A DNA stretch of 64,000 nt from Takakia lepidozioides (lineage: Eukaryota > Plantae > Bryophyta). How positions within the stretch are numbered: position 1 is the stretch's first letter; each line of letters opens with the position of its first letter. The position numbers and the translations under genes were made by a program. Below are positions 1-11,900 of this stretch, piece by piece. Location of the stretch: positions 10,106,001-10,170,000 of the forward strand of contig CM060734.1 of the NCBI GenBank assembly GCA_030704615.1, read 5' to 3'. Below the pieces are notes generated by a model that made no database searches, had not been told where the DNA came from, and saw nothing but the letters and a program-made list of their open reading frames with translations.

Positions 1-3000
1 CCTGATTTGCTATCAATGCCCGTCCTGTGATTGATAGGAATGTTGAGCCCCAGAAAGAGAGATTTCTTTTGATCTTTGAAAGGATAGGGGCAAAGCGTTG
101 CTCATCTGAGAGGTCAACCCCGAAGGTATAGCCTAGCAGGGTGGTCGTCTGACCCAGTTGCAGCCAAGAAAGACCTATATTAGTTCCCCAGGAGGGTGAA
201 GGCCCTAGGCGGGATTGGGAAGTATCACCCACCAGAAGGGCGCAGGTTTTGTTCCAATTAACTTTGAAGCTCGAGGCCGCACAGAAGGAAGATAAAGTGG
301 CAGAGGCACTGTCTAGATTGATTGGGTTTGCTTGAAGCATAAGGAAAGTGTCATCTACATACATAGACTCCCTGATCTGTATAGGCTGATTAGTGATGTA
401 GCTAGTGAGTTTGAGTCTTGTGATTCGCTGATTTGCTTGCAGCATGTAACCCAAGGTGTCCGCTGCAATGATAAAGAGAAAGGGAGCCAGAGGGCAGCCC
501 TGTCTGACAGAACGCTGAAGATAGACAGGCTTGGAGACCGAACCATTAACAATAACTCTACTAGTTGATCCTGACAGGAGAATGCGTACCCTTGGCAGAA
601 GTTGGGGGGTAGACCAATCTTGGCAAGGGTATCTAAGAGAAAGGGCCACTCCACCCTATCGAAGGCCTTTTCGAAGTCGAGGAGAAGGAGGGCTATAGCC
701 TGTTGGGTTTTGAGAGCGTAGTGGGGTAACTCTTGGGCTAGCAGCAGGTTATCCATAATGTACCTTCCTTTAATGAAACCTGACTGGCTTGGTCTGATGA
801 TGGAAGGCAAAAGAGGTTGAAGACGGAGTGCGAGCCCCTTTGCTATAATTTTGTATGCTACATTCAAAAGGGTAATAGGTCTGTAGTTGGTCAGGCTAGT
901 TCTATCTCCTTTTTTAAAAAGAAGAGTAATGACTCCCTATGACATTGAAGCAGGCATGTGGTTTGAGAGGAAGATGTGGTTGGACATTGCTAGAAAGTCC
1001 TCTGAGATGCGGGGCCATAGTTTCCTGTAGAACTCCACTGGGATACCGAGCCAGGGCACTTCCCCTCTTTAAGTTTAGACAAAGCCTCTGATAGTTTGTC
1101 CTCAGAGAGGGGTCCTTCCAGGGAAGCGGCAACAGCAGGAGAGACCAGGGTGGGTGTATTGGCCAGGCAGGATTTGTGCTCTGTTGAGTCAACAGGGACA
1201 TCACTGCGGAAGAGGGCTTGAAAGTGGTTTGCGGCAAAGCGGGCCATGGGTTTAGCGTCTAAGAAGGATGCACCAGAGGAGAGATCGGTGAGTTCAGATC
1301 TAGATTGGGATGCTTTTCTGAGTTTGGTTTTAGCGAAGAAATACCTGGTCATTTTTTCTCCCTTGGAAGACCAATTGATCCCTGCTGAAAGTTTGAGTTT
1401 TTGCTCTTGCAAGTTGTGGAAGTTTTGAAGATTATGCTTGGCTTTCAGGTAGGTATTGAAGGTTTCTTCGTCACACCGAGGTGACTCCATTTTCTTTTGA
1501 CAGACTGAAAGGCACTTGGTAAGGGCTCTAACTTTCTTTTTCCTAGAGGCTGCTATATCTCTACTTAAAAGCTGGCTCGCCACCCCCACAGCCTTCGAGA
1601 GGAACCTTTCTGTAGGGTTTTGGGAGCCATTGCCAGCTTGAGACCATGCTGTCTGCAAGCCCTGGGTAAAAGCAGGGATTGAAAGAAGGGAAGCATTCAT
1701 CTTATAGAGGCCCTTACCCTTGGGGAGAGTGTTTGGGACTGTGAAAGAGGCCTGGATCATAGCGTGGTCAAACCCAGGTTGGATAGGCAGTTGGGGGAGT
1801 CTCTGGGCCCATTGGATGCAATCCATGGAGGCATAAAATCTATCCAGCCTCGCCATTTGGAGATCCAGGAGGCCCCTATTATTTGACCATGTGAAGATGG
1901 GGGCTGCAGGAGAGAGAGAACCCTGGTGAATTGCTTCTACTTCAACGAGGTTGTGATTTAAGGTCAGGTTGTGCCAGTGTTGGGTCTTTGTAACGTCTGG
2001 GTTGAAAGATCCGAGGCCTCTCCTGTCGGCTGGAGACTCCACCATATTGAAGTCTCCCGCCAGGATCCATAAATCCACAGCCTGCTCAGCGATCATGTTT
2101 AATTTGATTGACTCCCAAGTTTGAGCCCTCTCAGCCGGGTGTTTGGTGTGTAGATGTTTACAAGGCCTAGCCTGCCCCATTTGGAAGGGAGGTCAATGGA
2201 GCAAAATTGTATCATGCCCGGAACCCAGGAGCTTTCTGAGACTAGAAAGGGGTAGAGGGATGGGGATAAGAGGATGGATGCACCGCCTCTGGACCCCAGG
2301 GAGGTTGGTTGCCAGAGAGAGTTGGCACGAGGCCAGAGGTAATCAGTGAGAGAGGATATTTTCCGGGCGTCCAGCTTGTGTTCTTGCAAGAAGCAGATTG
2401 CGTTTTTGACTAGGTAGGGGGGCAGGGCTGCTTTAACAGAGGCATGCTTCGCGGAAGCATGTTCAGACCCTAGACCTTGATGTTCCAGGAGACCATGTCA
2501 ATCAACATGAGGATGAAAGCAAGGCGGAGATGGTCAATCTCATTTGATGGCCCTGGGGAGAGACAATTGAATTTGACCCTTTTGTCGTAAGTGGGAGGGG
2601 AGAGGGGCCTAAGTTGTATTCGAATCATTAGGAGAGAGGAAGGGGTTGGCTGGGGAATAGAGAGTGGGAGAGTTTGGATTTGATGGGGATGGGGGGGCCT
2701 GCAAAGGATACTGGGTTTTGTGGGGAGGTTCTGGAAAAAAAAGGTTTTGGGAACTGATGATGTGAGATTCGTTCCGTTCGGAGAGGAGAGGCAGGTCCGA
2801 GAGGACTGTCTTTGGTGGCAGACTGATGGATGGCAATGTTTTCCTTGCTGATTTCCTAGCAGAGGCATCAGGATGCAAGCAAAGCACCCAACAACGTTTC
2901 CTATCCCTGGAGTCAAGCTGGAACAGAAAACAAGGAAGGGGCTGGGCAAGTACCTCAGTGCGTGGAGAGCTGATTTCCAGCGGAGCAGTAGGAGGGGAAG

Positions 3001-3330
3001 GGGGGTCGGGGTGGTTGCTGGGATAGAAAACGAGTTGATTGCAGCTTGGACCTCCTGGATGGAGGGCAGATGAGAGGCTGCGCTGTGTGAAATCTCTGCA
3101 GGCTGGACGAGGAAGCTGGGTTGAGCCAGAGCGTAATTGTTCCTGGGAGCAGCCTCAACTCCATCATCAACCAGGGGCTGCACACCAGAGATTCTATTAG
3201 GTGGAGAACCCCCACCTTCGAGAAGAAAGCAAGAAAGAACAAAAAAAAAAAATAACACGAAAGGGGAAAGGAAAACAGGCCCAAATTGCTGCTCGAAGAC
3301 AGAGGACCTTATGCCAAGCATTTCTGCTGT
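1..3330 (-). mobile_element. L1-clade LINE, degenerate, runs off the left edge of the window
   Basis: Frameshifted ORF2 pieces. APE endonuclease: SWNI (~2480), LQEHKL, GDFN, RLDRFY, FDHA (ORFs 2099..2389, 990..2180). RT: QSGFIKGR, LLLDFEKAFDRVEW (355..867), VRQGCPLAP (~490-515), YVDD (~350-362). The 5' boundary is approximate. Confidence 0.9.
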
Positions 3331-3814
3331 TTAGTAGAGTCAGAAAACCAGCCTGGGTGTCAAACACACTCTCTAGAAACAAAAGAAATTCCTGATTGAA
3401 CTAGCTTGCTCAAAAAATCCCCACCTGCCTACAAGGCAAGGCAAGTGGGTGGGTACTTGCATGGTTTGCAGTGCTCGCACAAGCAGCTTGCACCTAAAAA
3501 TGGAATATAGAATCCAGGTAGCTGCTAACTTAGATCCTGAATATAGCTATCCACCTTCCCTCCATTCAGCGGAAACGTAGTTAAACAAAGGGGTTGCTGA
3601 AGTACATTCGCCTCAACAAAAGCCTACCAAATTCCTTTTAGGTATCCCTTCTTGAAGAGTTGAACTCAATGCTTGGTACCCCAGTGGAGTGATGCAGCTG
3701 CAGTCAACTGACACGCACCACATGACGCGCTTTTAGTCGCCGTCATCCCTAACCTAAATGGCTTCCATAACACAAAGCAGTGCTCTGCTTAATTACGAGG
3801 TTGACATGTTGCAG

Positions 3815-4981
3815 GCAACATTGGTGAAGGAGAAGGCGGTTTTACAGGAATCCATGTCGTTAGTCAAGTCACTTGAGAGGGAGGTCCAGCAAGGGACCCC
3901 ACATTGTCTGACACACAACGGCAAAATTGGTTGAGGTGAAGTTAGAGCTCCAGCATGTTAAGTCTGACTTCTCTAGTTTAAAACTGGTCGTCAGTGAGAA
4001 AGACGTCGAACTACAGGCGGCTCAGAAATCTGTCGAGGCACTTCAAACAGAAGCGTCTAGGGTCAAGGGTTTGTTGCAGGCAAAGGAGGAACAGCTGGCT
4101 CGTCTTACTCGCCTTTTGCGGGAGAAGGAGGAGGAGCTAGCTTCTTTACGAGTTGATTTGGATGACAGCCATGTGCAACTTTCGCAGGCCACGTCAGTAG
4201 TACAACAGATCACTGCATTGTCGCGGGCACTTGTGGAATCCACAGCACGACATGGTGTCATGGAGGAGGATTCAGTGCTGATGCGGACCAACTGTGAGCT
4301 GTTCGCCACCAAGCGTGCTGTGCTGGAGACAAAGATGCAGGTGGAGTGGCTGGAGGATGGAGCATGGCGTCAGGAGATGGAAAGAGAGCAGTGAAGGGGT
4401 TTCTATATGATAAGGACCTGCAGCTGGTTGCAGCCCAGCATGCGCTAGCTAGCAAGGACCATGACCTGAAGCAGCTGCTGAGTCGCTGGGAGGCTCGTGA
4501 AGCTGAACTTGCCCAAATGCGGGAGGCTGTCATGGAGGGAGCTAAGAAAGTTAGTGTACTGCACACTGTGGTCCAGCCACAGGGGCAGAAAGTGTTGGGG
4601 ACCCAGCAATCGGGCAATCGGAGGTAGAGATTGCAAAGCTGGAAGCAGAGACAGCTACGTCTGCTTTGCGCAGCCTAGCAGAGTTGAGTCAGGAGCTTAT
4701 TGAAGAACTGTGTGGATGATTCATGTCCTGAATCAAGTCACAGTCCAGTGTCGTCATCTTCTTCAATAACCCATCAGCACAATGGGAGTGTTGCAGCTCC
4801 TGTACTGATGGAACACATGGAAAGTCTGGAACAACTGAAAGCAAGATTAAGTGAGAGGGATACAGCTTTGGAGCTCACCCAGAATGCATTGGATAGGCTC
4901 AAAAGCTTAACTAAAAGGTTACTCTTGGAAGCAGGGCTTGAAAGTTCATTACAGCCTATAACTGCTGCAGTGGGTCCTTGA
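3815..4981 (+). pseudogene. Long coiled-coil terminal exon resembling the C-terminus of plastid MRC/PII1 (myosin-resembling chloroplast protein); several frameshifts
   Basis: Acceptor ttgcag just before 3815. Joined frames read LVEVKLELQHVKSDFSSLKLVVSEKDVEL ... EIAKLEAETATSALRSLAELSQEL ... RLKSLTKRLLLEAGL*, which match my recollection of MRC/PII1 C-terminal motifs. Frame breaks near 3900, 4385, 4615 and 4700. Confidence 0.6.
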
Positions 4982-5946
4982 AGCATTTAGTCTGTGGTTG
5001 TATAATAGCAACAGTAGGCATCTGCCAAATTGAAGAATGCAGCGAGCATTATGCACAGCATTGCTTGGTTCGGTATCATTGAGTGAGGAAAATTAGCTCA
5101 GGCTTAAGGTTGCTTACCAAAACTTGTTTTATTTGCCAGTGAGGCTTGTAATCTGATTGCACTTACAGATTGACCTTGATTGCTAGGATCCTCCATATCA
5201 AAATATTTTGTCTATACCTGTTCTTACTACTGACAAGGTATTGTACTTCACTGTGTACACAATGCTGAGTGGGGTGTGTTCGTAGGTACATGTGTATTTT
5301 AAGAGGTCTTGCAGTCTCCCTCCAACATTACAAAACAGATTTGATTTCTTCCAGGAATCCACCCAGTTCACTTGTCAGTGATGGCTTAAATTCCTATGTT
5401 ACCAATGTGGAAGGGTGGAAGGTTGGCATAGAAGTAAATCTGCATTATTGTGAGGCCTTTGTCAATTCATCATCCAAGAGTTGCCTCATTTGTCACCTTG
5501 AGACACAACCACCACAGTCATAACCTAGTCTTTATTGGTTCTCTTGTAGAGAGAGACTTTGCAACATGTTGAAGTCAACAGAGAAAATGTGGTCAAAGGA
5601 CCTTACACCCTGTCAAGGCTCGGATTGGTGTGTGTGCTGAGTCATGCCCCTTACTCTCACCTTCCTCTTATATTTTGCCAAAGCAAGAGAGCCAATCGCC
5701 ATTTTAGGCTTGTTTATTTATATGATGGGCATGTATTGTGCATCCCCTAAGCTGTCTTGCAAACTGACCGACCCTTTCAGGTCTAAGCCTTCAATTTCTA
5801 AGTCAAAATGCTACAACTAAGTGCAACCAAAGAATTCAGTACTAAAATCTAGAGTTGATGATCATTAGGCTCTGCCCAATTGTATCACTTTCGTTGAAAA
5901 ACCAGTATATCTAAAGACTTCCAGCGATGTATTCCAACTGCCTCTC

Positions 5947-8900
5947 CTATGTTGACGTTCTTACACTGGTGTCCAAGTTGAAGGGTGACCCTGCAGGAGC
6001 TGCCAAACCCAGCTGCCGCATTATGCGCAACCGTCGCAGCTTTCGCTCTGGCTTCCGGTGCACTCTCTCTTCTTCCTGCCACCCATCTCATGGTCATCAA
6101 TTCATGATCTAATCCACTATTAGCCCTTCTAGTTGACCATAGGATATGCAACACCAAAATCAAGCAGCACTTCCATTGCCTCTTCCCATATTTTTTATTT
6201 ACATGAATCTATATCCAATGGGTTTGCTGGGGGACTTCTGAAGTGTTGAGCCTGTCAAGCACCTCAATTCAACCCTACTGCGACACATCAGCGTTCTGTG
6301 TAGGCATGAGGCTGGCTTCTACTTACATGCACACTATTGAATCTATGTCCTTTGATTTGGCAACCTTATCATCCATTCTAAAAGACCGGAGTGAAAGGTG
6401 CTTGTTTCATGCAAAGATGACCTGAGCATCACATTCAGGACGAGCATATAAGCTTTAGGAACTGAATGCTATGCTTGGATGTTTGAATGACGGACTGTGT
6501 TTGTCAAAGACACAGGCCATTTAACACCGGAGTTTACTGTCACAAAGGGTCATTGATTTAAGACAATGCTTAAAGCAAGAGGATGGAGGACCAAAAGGGA
6601 GAGGGGGCACCTCATACAGCACTTTCGGCTTCCGTTTTCTGGCTGCGCGTCTCTGTTCCGTTCCCTCGTCTTCTGGAGTAACCTGCTTTCCCACACCTGC
6701 AACTCCTACACAGTAGTCCTTCCTGGTTAATATTTAAGCTTTGCACATTGATAGTGGTTCTAGACATGTATGTGGCTGCAAACAGAGATAAAAAGAAGGA
6801 CTTGTACTAGAAGGAAGAAAGAAATGAAATGAAATGAAATGAAATGAAATGGTACTTTATAACATCCGCGGAAAGCTCAAAGAGCTTATGGGACAAAATG
6901 GAAAAAAACAAGAGAGAGGAAACAAAACCAGAGCCAAAAAACAGCCCAAAAGCAACTACTGCTCAAGGGATTGTCTAAGGGTCAAGGCCTCGTGCAGGTA
7001 AGCTGCCAAACATTTCTGATCCTCGTAGTGGAAGACTTCAGTGAGTGATTGAGTTCCACGGAATAGACAGTGGAATCTCCCGCGGATCTCATAATATAGA
7101 GGGCAATAAAAGACGTGTTCTTTAGTTTCAATTTTCCTGGTTGCGCCCGGTGAAAGCTGGGCAGAGGCGGTCCTCCCGTTGCAGGTTTTCCCATCTGCCA
7201 GTCTCTATCCGCAGATTGTGGGAGCCCACCCTGAACCGCCCCAATGCCCTCAAGAGGGAAGGAGATAAAGGCGCCGAAAGATAATTGGGCCACAAGATTC
7301 TATCATCGCAGAGAACCAAGAATGTCTCTCGATAGGAATGGAGTTTTGTGTGAGATTGGGTAGCTTCCAAGTTCTCCTGACACGTAGTTCCATAAGTTCC
7401 CTTCTAATGAGTCTGTTGCGATCCTGTTTCGATGTGATTTCCACCCCTTCTGGAATTTGTGGCAATAGTGAAGCATAGAGAGTCCATTGCGCTCAAAAAA
7501 ATTGCACACTCCAGCATACCAGGAGTGCTTGAAACCTGCTGTTTTGAGCCTAATAGATGTTGCGAGGGCTCTTGCCACGAGCCCCTTGGGTGGAAGGGCT
7601 TGTAACCTTTTAAGAAAGATTGTAAGCCAGAAGAGGGCCTCGGTTTGAAGTGGCGCGCATGCAAACTCTGCACATAGGCTGTGCGATGGAGTTGTGCCTC
7701 TGGCGCCAAAGATGACTGCAATGGTTCCAGATTTTTTTCCCACCAGGAAACTTGGACACCAGGTGCCCAGAACTCACAACCATAAGTGGCGGCCGGGGTG
7801 ACAACGCTGTCAAATAACCACTTTTTGGTTGGAGGGTGGCGCAGATGTATCTGTTTGCATTTGGCCTGAAGGCGGATGGAGGCAGCCTTGCCCTTCGTCA
7901 ATCTGTCCAGGGCAGTTGATGCAAACTGGAATTTGGGAGAGTGGATAACCAGACCTAGGTATTGGTATGATTTGGCAATCTCAATTCCCTGTTGGTTGAA
8001 GATGAATTTGCAGTCCGCCCTTGAAAACCATGATCTTACTTTTGCTTAGATTGACTTGTCTTTGGAAAACTCTTCCAGGATGCAAAGGTGGCCCCAACTC
8101 CATGGTTTTTTGAGATGTAACCCTCCAAAGCGTCAATGGAGATCCCGAAAAGGGTAGGTGAGAGGGGGCAGCCCTGTTTGACCCCAATGTTGCTATGCAC
8201 CTCTGCTGAGAATTCCCCCGCGACGTTGACCATGCCATTGACAATCTCATAGATGGAAAAGATGGCATATAGGATGTCCCGAGGGACTCCCACCCTATGG
8301 AGCCGTTGGAAAAGCCGAATCAAAAGCCTTTCGAAAATCTACAAAGCAAACATACACCATTTTGTCATAGCTTGCACGTTCTACCATAGTCTGAAGAGTG
8401 AAAATGTGGTCAAGAGTGGATCTGTTGCGACGGAAACCTGCTTGCCCCATAGCACGCATGTGAGAGGATTCAGCCCAATCATCCAGTTCCATGGCCACTA
8501 CTGCCCCAAACAGTTTGGCCAGTAACGAAGACACCATAATTGAGCGATCATTGGTTGGTGCAAGCCTGTCACCGCTCTTGAAGAGGGGGTGGATGATGCT
8601 CTTTGTCCAATCTGTTGTAAAGCCATGTTGCACTGCTGCATTGAAGAAGTGTGCTATAAATGGGGCCAAAGTTGTTCCTGCGTTCTTGATGAATTCACTC
8701 TGTAGCCCTGATATATCCAATGCCCTGCCATTTTGCAATTCTTGACTTCCTTGCAGACATTGGCTGTAGTGAGAGAAGTGGGAAAGGAGGATTGGCTTGG
8801 GGAGTGATACAATGACTGAGCATACTCATGTCAGACATGAATGTCGGTCATTGGGGGCGGGTCTCTGTGAGGTTTAAGGAGGGACCAAAAGGAATAGGAG

Positions 8901-11900
8901 AAAGCCTGACCTTTGCAAGGAAAGTAGATTGTAGCCTGAGAGTGCAAGCTCTCTTTTTGGATCTAATGAGGGGCTAATAGTGCTTGAGAGCTAGGTTTTT
9001 GGAATCTGGAGAAGAATGGATATCAAGGAGCAGAGATTTGATGTGATGTCTAGCAACTTTGCATTCTTCGTCATAGAATGGTGCATATCTATGAGTGGAG
9101 AAAGGTGAGGAGGTAGATGGGAGGGTGACTGCTGAGTCCCAAAGAACGTCAGTGAGATAGGAAGCCTTGTCATTAGTAGATGGTAGATTCATGATGGAGG
9201 GGAGGATTGACGTTAGGCATGTTTCATATTCGGCGTCGTGTAAGTGAGTGAAGGGATGTATTAAAGTGAATATGTGAGTGTGAAAGGAGAGAAGCGGAGG
9301 AGTCCCGCATGGGGTAAGAGATGGAAGGAACTGCAAAGGAAAGGCAAGAGTGATCAGAATCCAGGTTCGTAATGTAAAAAGAGCTAACCCTATCAGTTGT
9401 GTTGGGGCTCCCCAAGAGATAGTCGACCACGCTCTGTCCTTTGTACGTGTGGCAGGTGAACTAACTGGAGGATTTGTAGTTGATAGTGCCATTGTAGATG
9501 ACAAGCCCTTGAACCTCACAAAATTTGAGTAGTGATGACCATAACTTGTGATTTCACTAGAGACGTCTGTACCTTGCCTCTCCAAGGCCATATGTGAGTG
9601 TTGGATGTGTAGAGGATCCGTGGGGTTGACGGATGGCGCATGTAGTAATCCTGTACGGGCGTTGAAATCTCCAACTAAAAATATGTCTGTGTGTGGGGTA
9701 CAGGGACGGGACATATCCTCTTCCAATGGAACATACAATGAATCTGTTCGCATGTGAAGGCCACTGTGTGGAGATGCAGCCGGGGCAAAATAACATCCCA
9801 CCAATAAAATGTTTGGTTGAGGATCATAGCCCTTGATGTGACACCAAATGTACCTTGCCAGTGGGTCTTTGTATGGGAAGGAAATGTACGGTGGAAGCTA
9901 GTCAGTAAAGTAACAAGCCACTCCACCAGAGCCTTTGAGACCTGTGCGTGGACGAGTCACTGACTGGAAGCTATATCCGAGAATAGAAGGAGGGTCGTTT
10001 CCTTCATACGCATGAGTTTCCAAGAGAAAAAGAACATCATACTTTGAGAGGATATCAAGAAGCCCTTGCGGATGGCTCCACAATGAGCCATTGCAGTTTC
10101 ATGAGCCGATATTCAGATGTGAGCGTGCGTTGGTCTCATGGGGCCCCAACCCCTATTTAGTGTTAGAAGGGCGACGTTCTTGCTGTCGAATAATGACCCA
10201 CCCTCCCATCTCGATAAACAACATAGTGCCCCTGTGCCCGAGCCTGTTTGACTTGAGAAAGGTGAGCCCGCATGGCATTGTATTGCATGGGTCAAATCAT
10301 CGTTGAGGTACATTCCCTGTCCTCTCAATTGAGGCCTCTGTCTAAGAACCCCATCCTGGGCACCTTTATCTTTGAATCTTATGAAGAGGATTTTGTGCTT
10401 CAAAGTTGATGCACGCCAAGCCCGTTCAATGTCACTCGCTCCCCGTGGTAGAGCAAGGTTTTGTTGAATGAGGGTGGTGGCCGCATCAAGAGGGTCTCCC
10501 TTTGCAAGGGTACCTAGTTGACCAGTGACCCAGATGTTCAAGGCTTTGAAAGCCCGTTGCTGCTCCTCAAGCAAGGTGGCTGAAACTGTTTCTTCCATAG
10601 TATGGGAACTCTTGTTGTATTGTGCTGTGCTGCCCTTGACGATGTTAGTGCAAGAGGAAGCCTCTGCCTTATGGTCCTTGAGCTCCAGAGCAATTGTAGA
10701 CATCGTTGCCTTGTGGGTCTCCAAATCTTTAGTGAGGGTTAGCACAAGCTGATGAATATTCGCCGTTTGGGGCGTCTCCGAAGCATGACTGTGCACCATT
10801 TGCTCCATACGACCGAGTTTGTCCTTGAGAGTCTTTTCCAAGTCGATTTTCAGTGCGCCTAGTTCCTTTTCCACTTGGGCCAAGCGACCTGAGAGGTCCC
10901 TCTCTGTGAGGGACCTCACTTCACCCTCAAGCTTAGAGATGCGAGTGTTGGTAGTCTTTATATTGAGCTGTTTCAACAGACCATCAACCTTGCTGTTGCT
11001 CTCCACAAGAGAAGCCTGCAAATTGGTGAGCTCTACTCGCAGATTCTCCATGTCCTTGTCCTGGGCTGCAAACAACTACTGCAATGTCTCCTCGGAGATT
11101 AAACGTGCTTGCAGGAGAGCAGATTGATCCTGAATATGTTGAATGTCAGCACTCCTTGTGGTGTACTGGCTCAAGGGTGAAGCATGTTGAGAGGCCGGGG
11201 CAGGAAGGAGAAGCGGAGGAGAGCAGTGTGATAGGTGGTGCACAGGATGGCCCTCTCCGTCGAAAGTCCTTTGACATTTGGACGAGGACATGGTGGAGTG
11301 GAGGCGGCGCTGGCGTGCCAACGAGCGTGAGCAGAGCGCCGACGCGCGTGGCAAAGAGAGGAAGCAAGAAAGCAAGAAAGAAAGTTTATAACAAACAGAA
11401 GGAACTTCTCATCCACAGGAAGCCAAAAAAGCTTCTTGGAAGAATTAGTAACAAAGAGAGAACAAGAGAGAGAGATGCAGTGCTCACTGGACTGCCTGCC
11501 ATATCCTTGTGGCCAAAGAGAGAAAGGAAGAGAGTGGTGCTCAGGAGGTATGGGAACACACACTGTTGTGATTGTGTCCACAACAAGGTCCAAACACTGG
11601 AGAAGTATTAACATTTCCAATAACTTCAGCAAGGGAAAGGCAAGCAGACAATCTGAAACTGGTTTCATTCTACCCACCGTTACTCTGAACTTTCTTTGGA
11701 GTTTTTGGCTGTGGCTCTGGAGACTCAATGGCCCAGGATGCAGGCAGATTTCCTGACTTCCTGAACTCCAATGCCTGCATCACACATACATAGAGAAATC
11801 TTCATTCAATGTTGTCCAAAATAATTCAAATCTTCTCCCTTAATGGCACAAAGTGACCTCTCTCTAACACAACCCTCGATAATCTAAGTCCTCCAAAAGC

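Larger units (their letters stand above)
6825..11373 (-). mobile_element. Non-L1 LINE (RTE-X-like), full-length outline, inserted in the PWWP gene intron
   Basis: ORF1 plus frameshifted ORF2 (APE GDFNARTG, DSDH; RT FVDFRKAFDS, GVKQGCPLSPTLF; C-terminal RVGSHNLRIETGRW..REDRLCP). It ends in a (CATTT)n tail. Candidate TSD AAGAAAGAAA at 6815-6824 and 11374-11383. Confidence 0.85.

Noticed and set aside
2470-3321. 283-aa ORF as intact L1 ORF1
   Set aside because: Low-complexity mixed-frame sequence without a clear RRM or zinc knuckle; kept only as part of the LINE.
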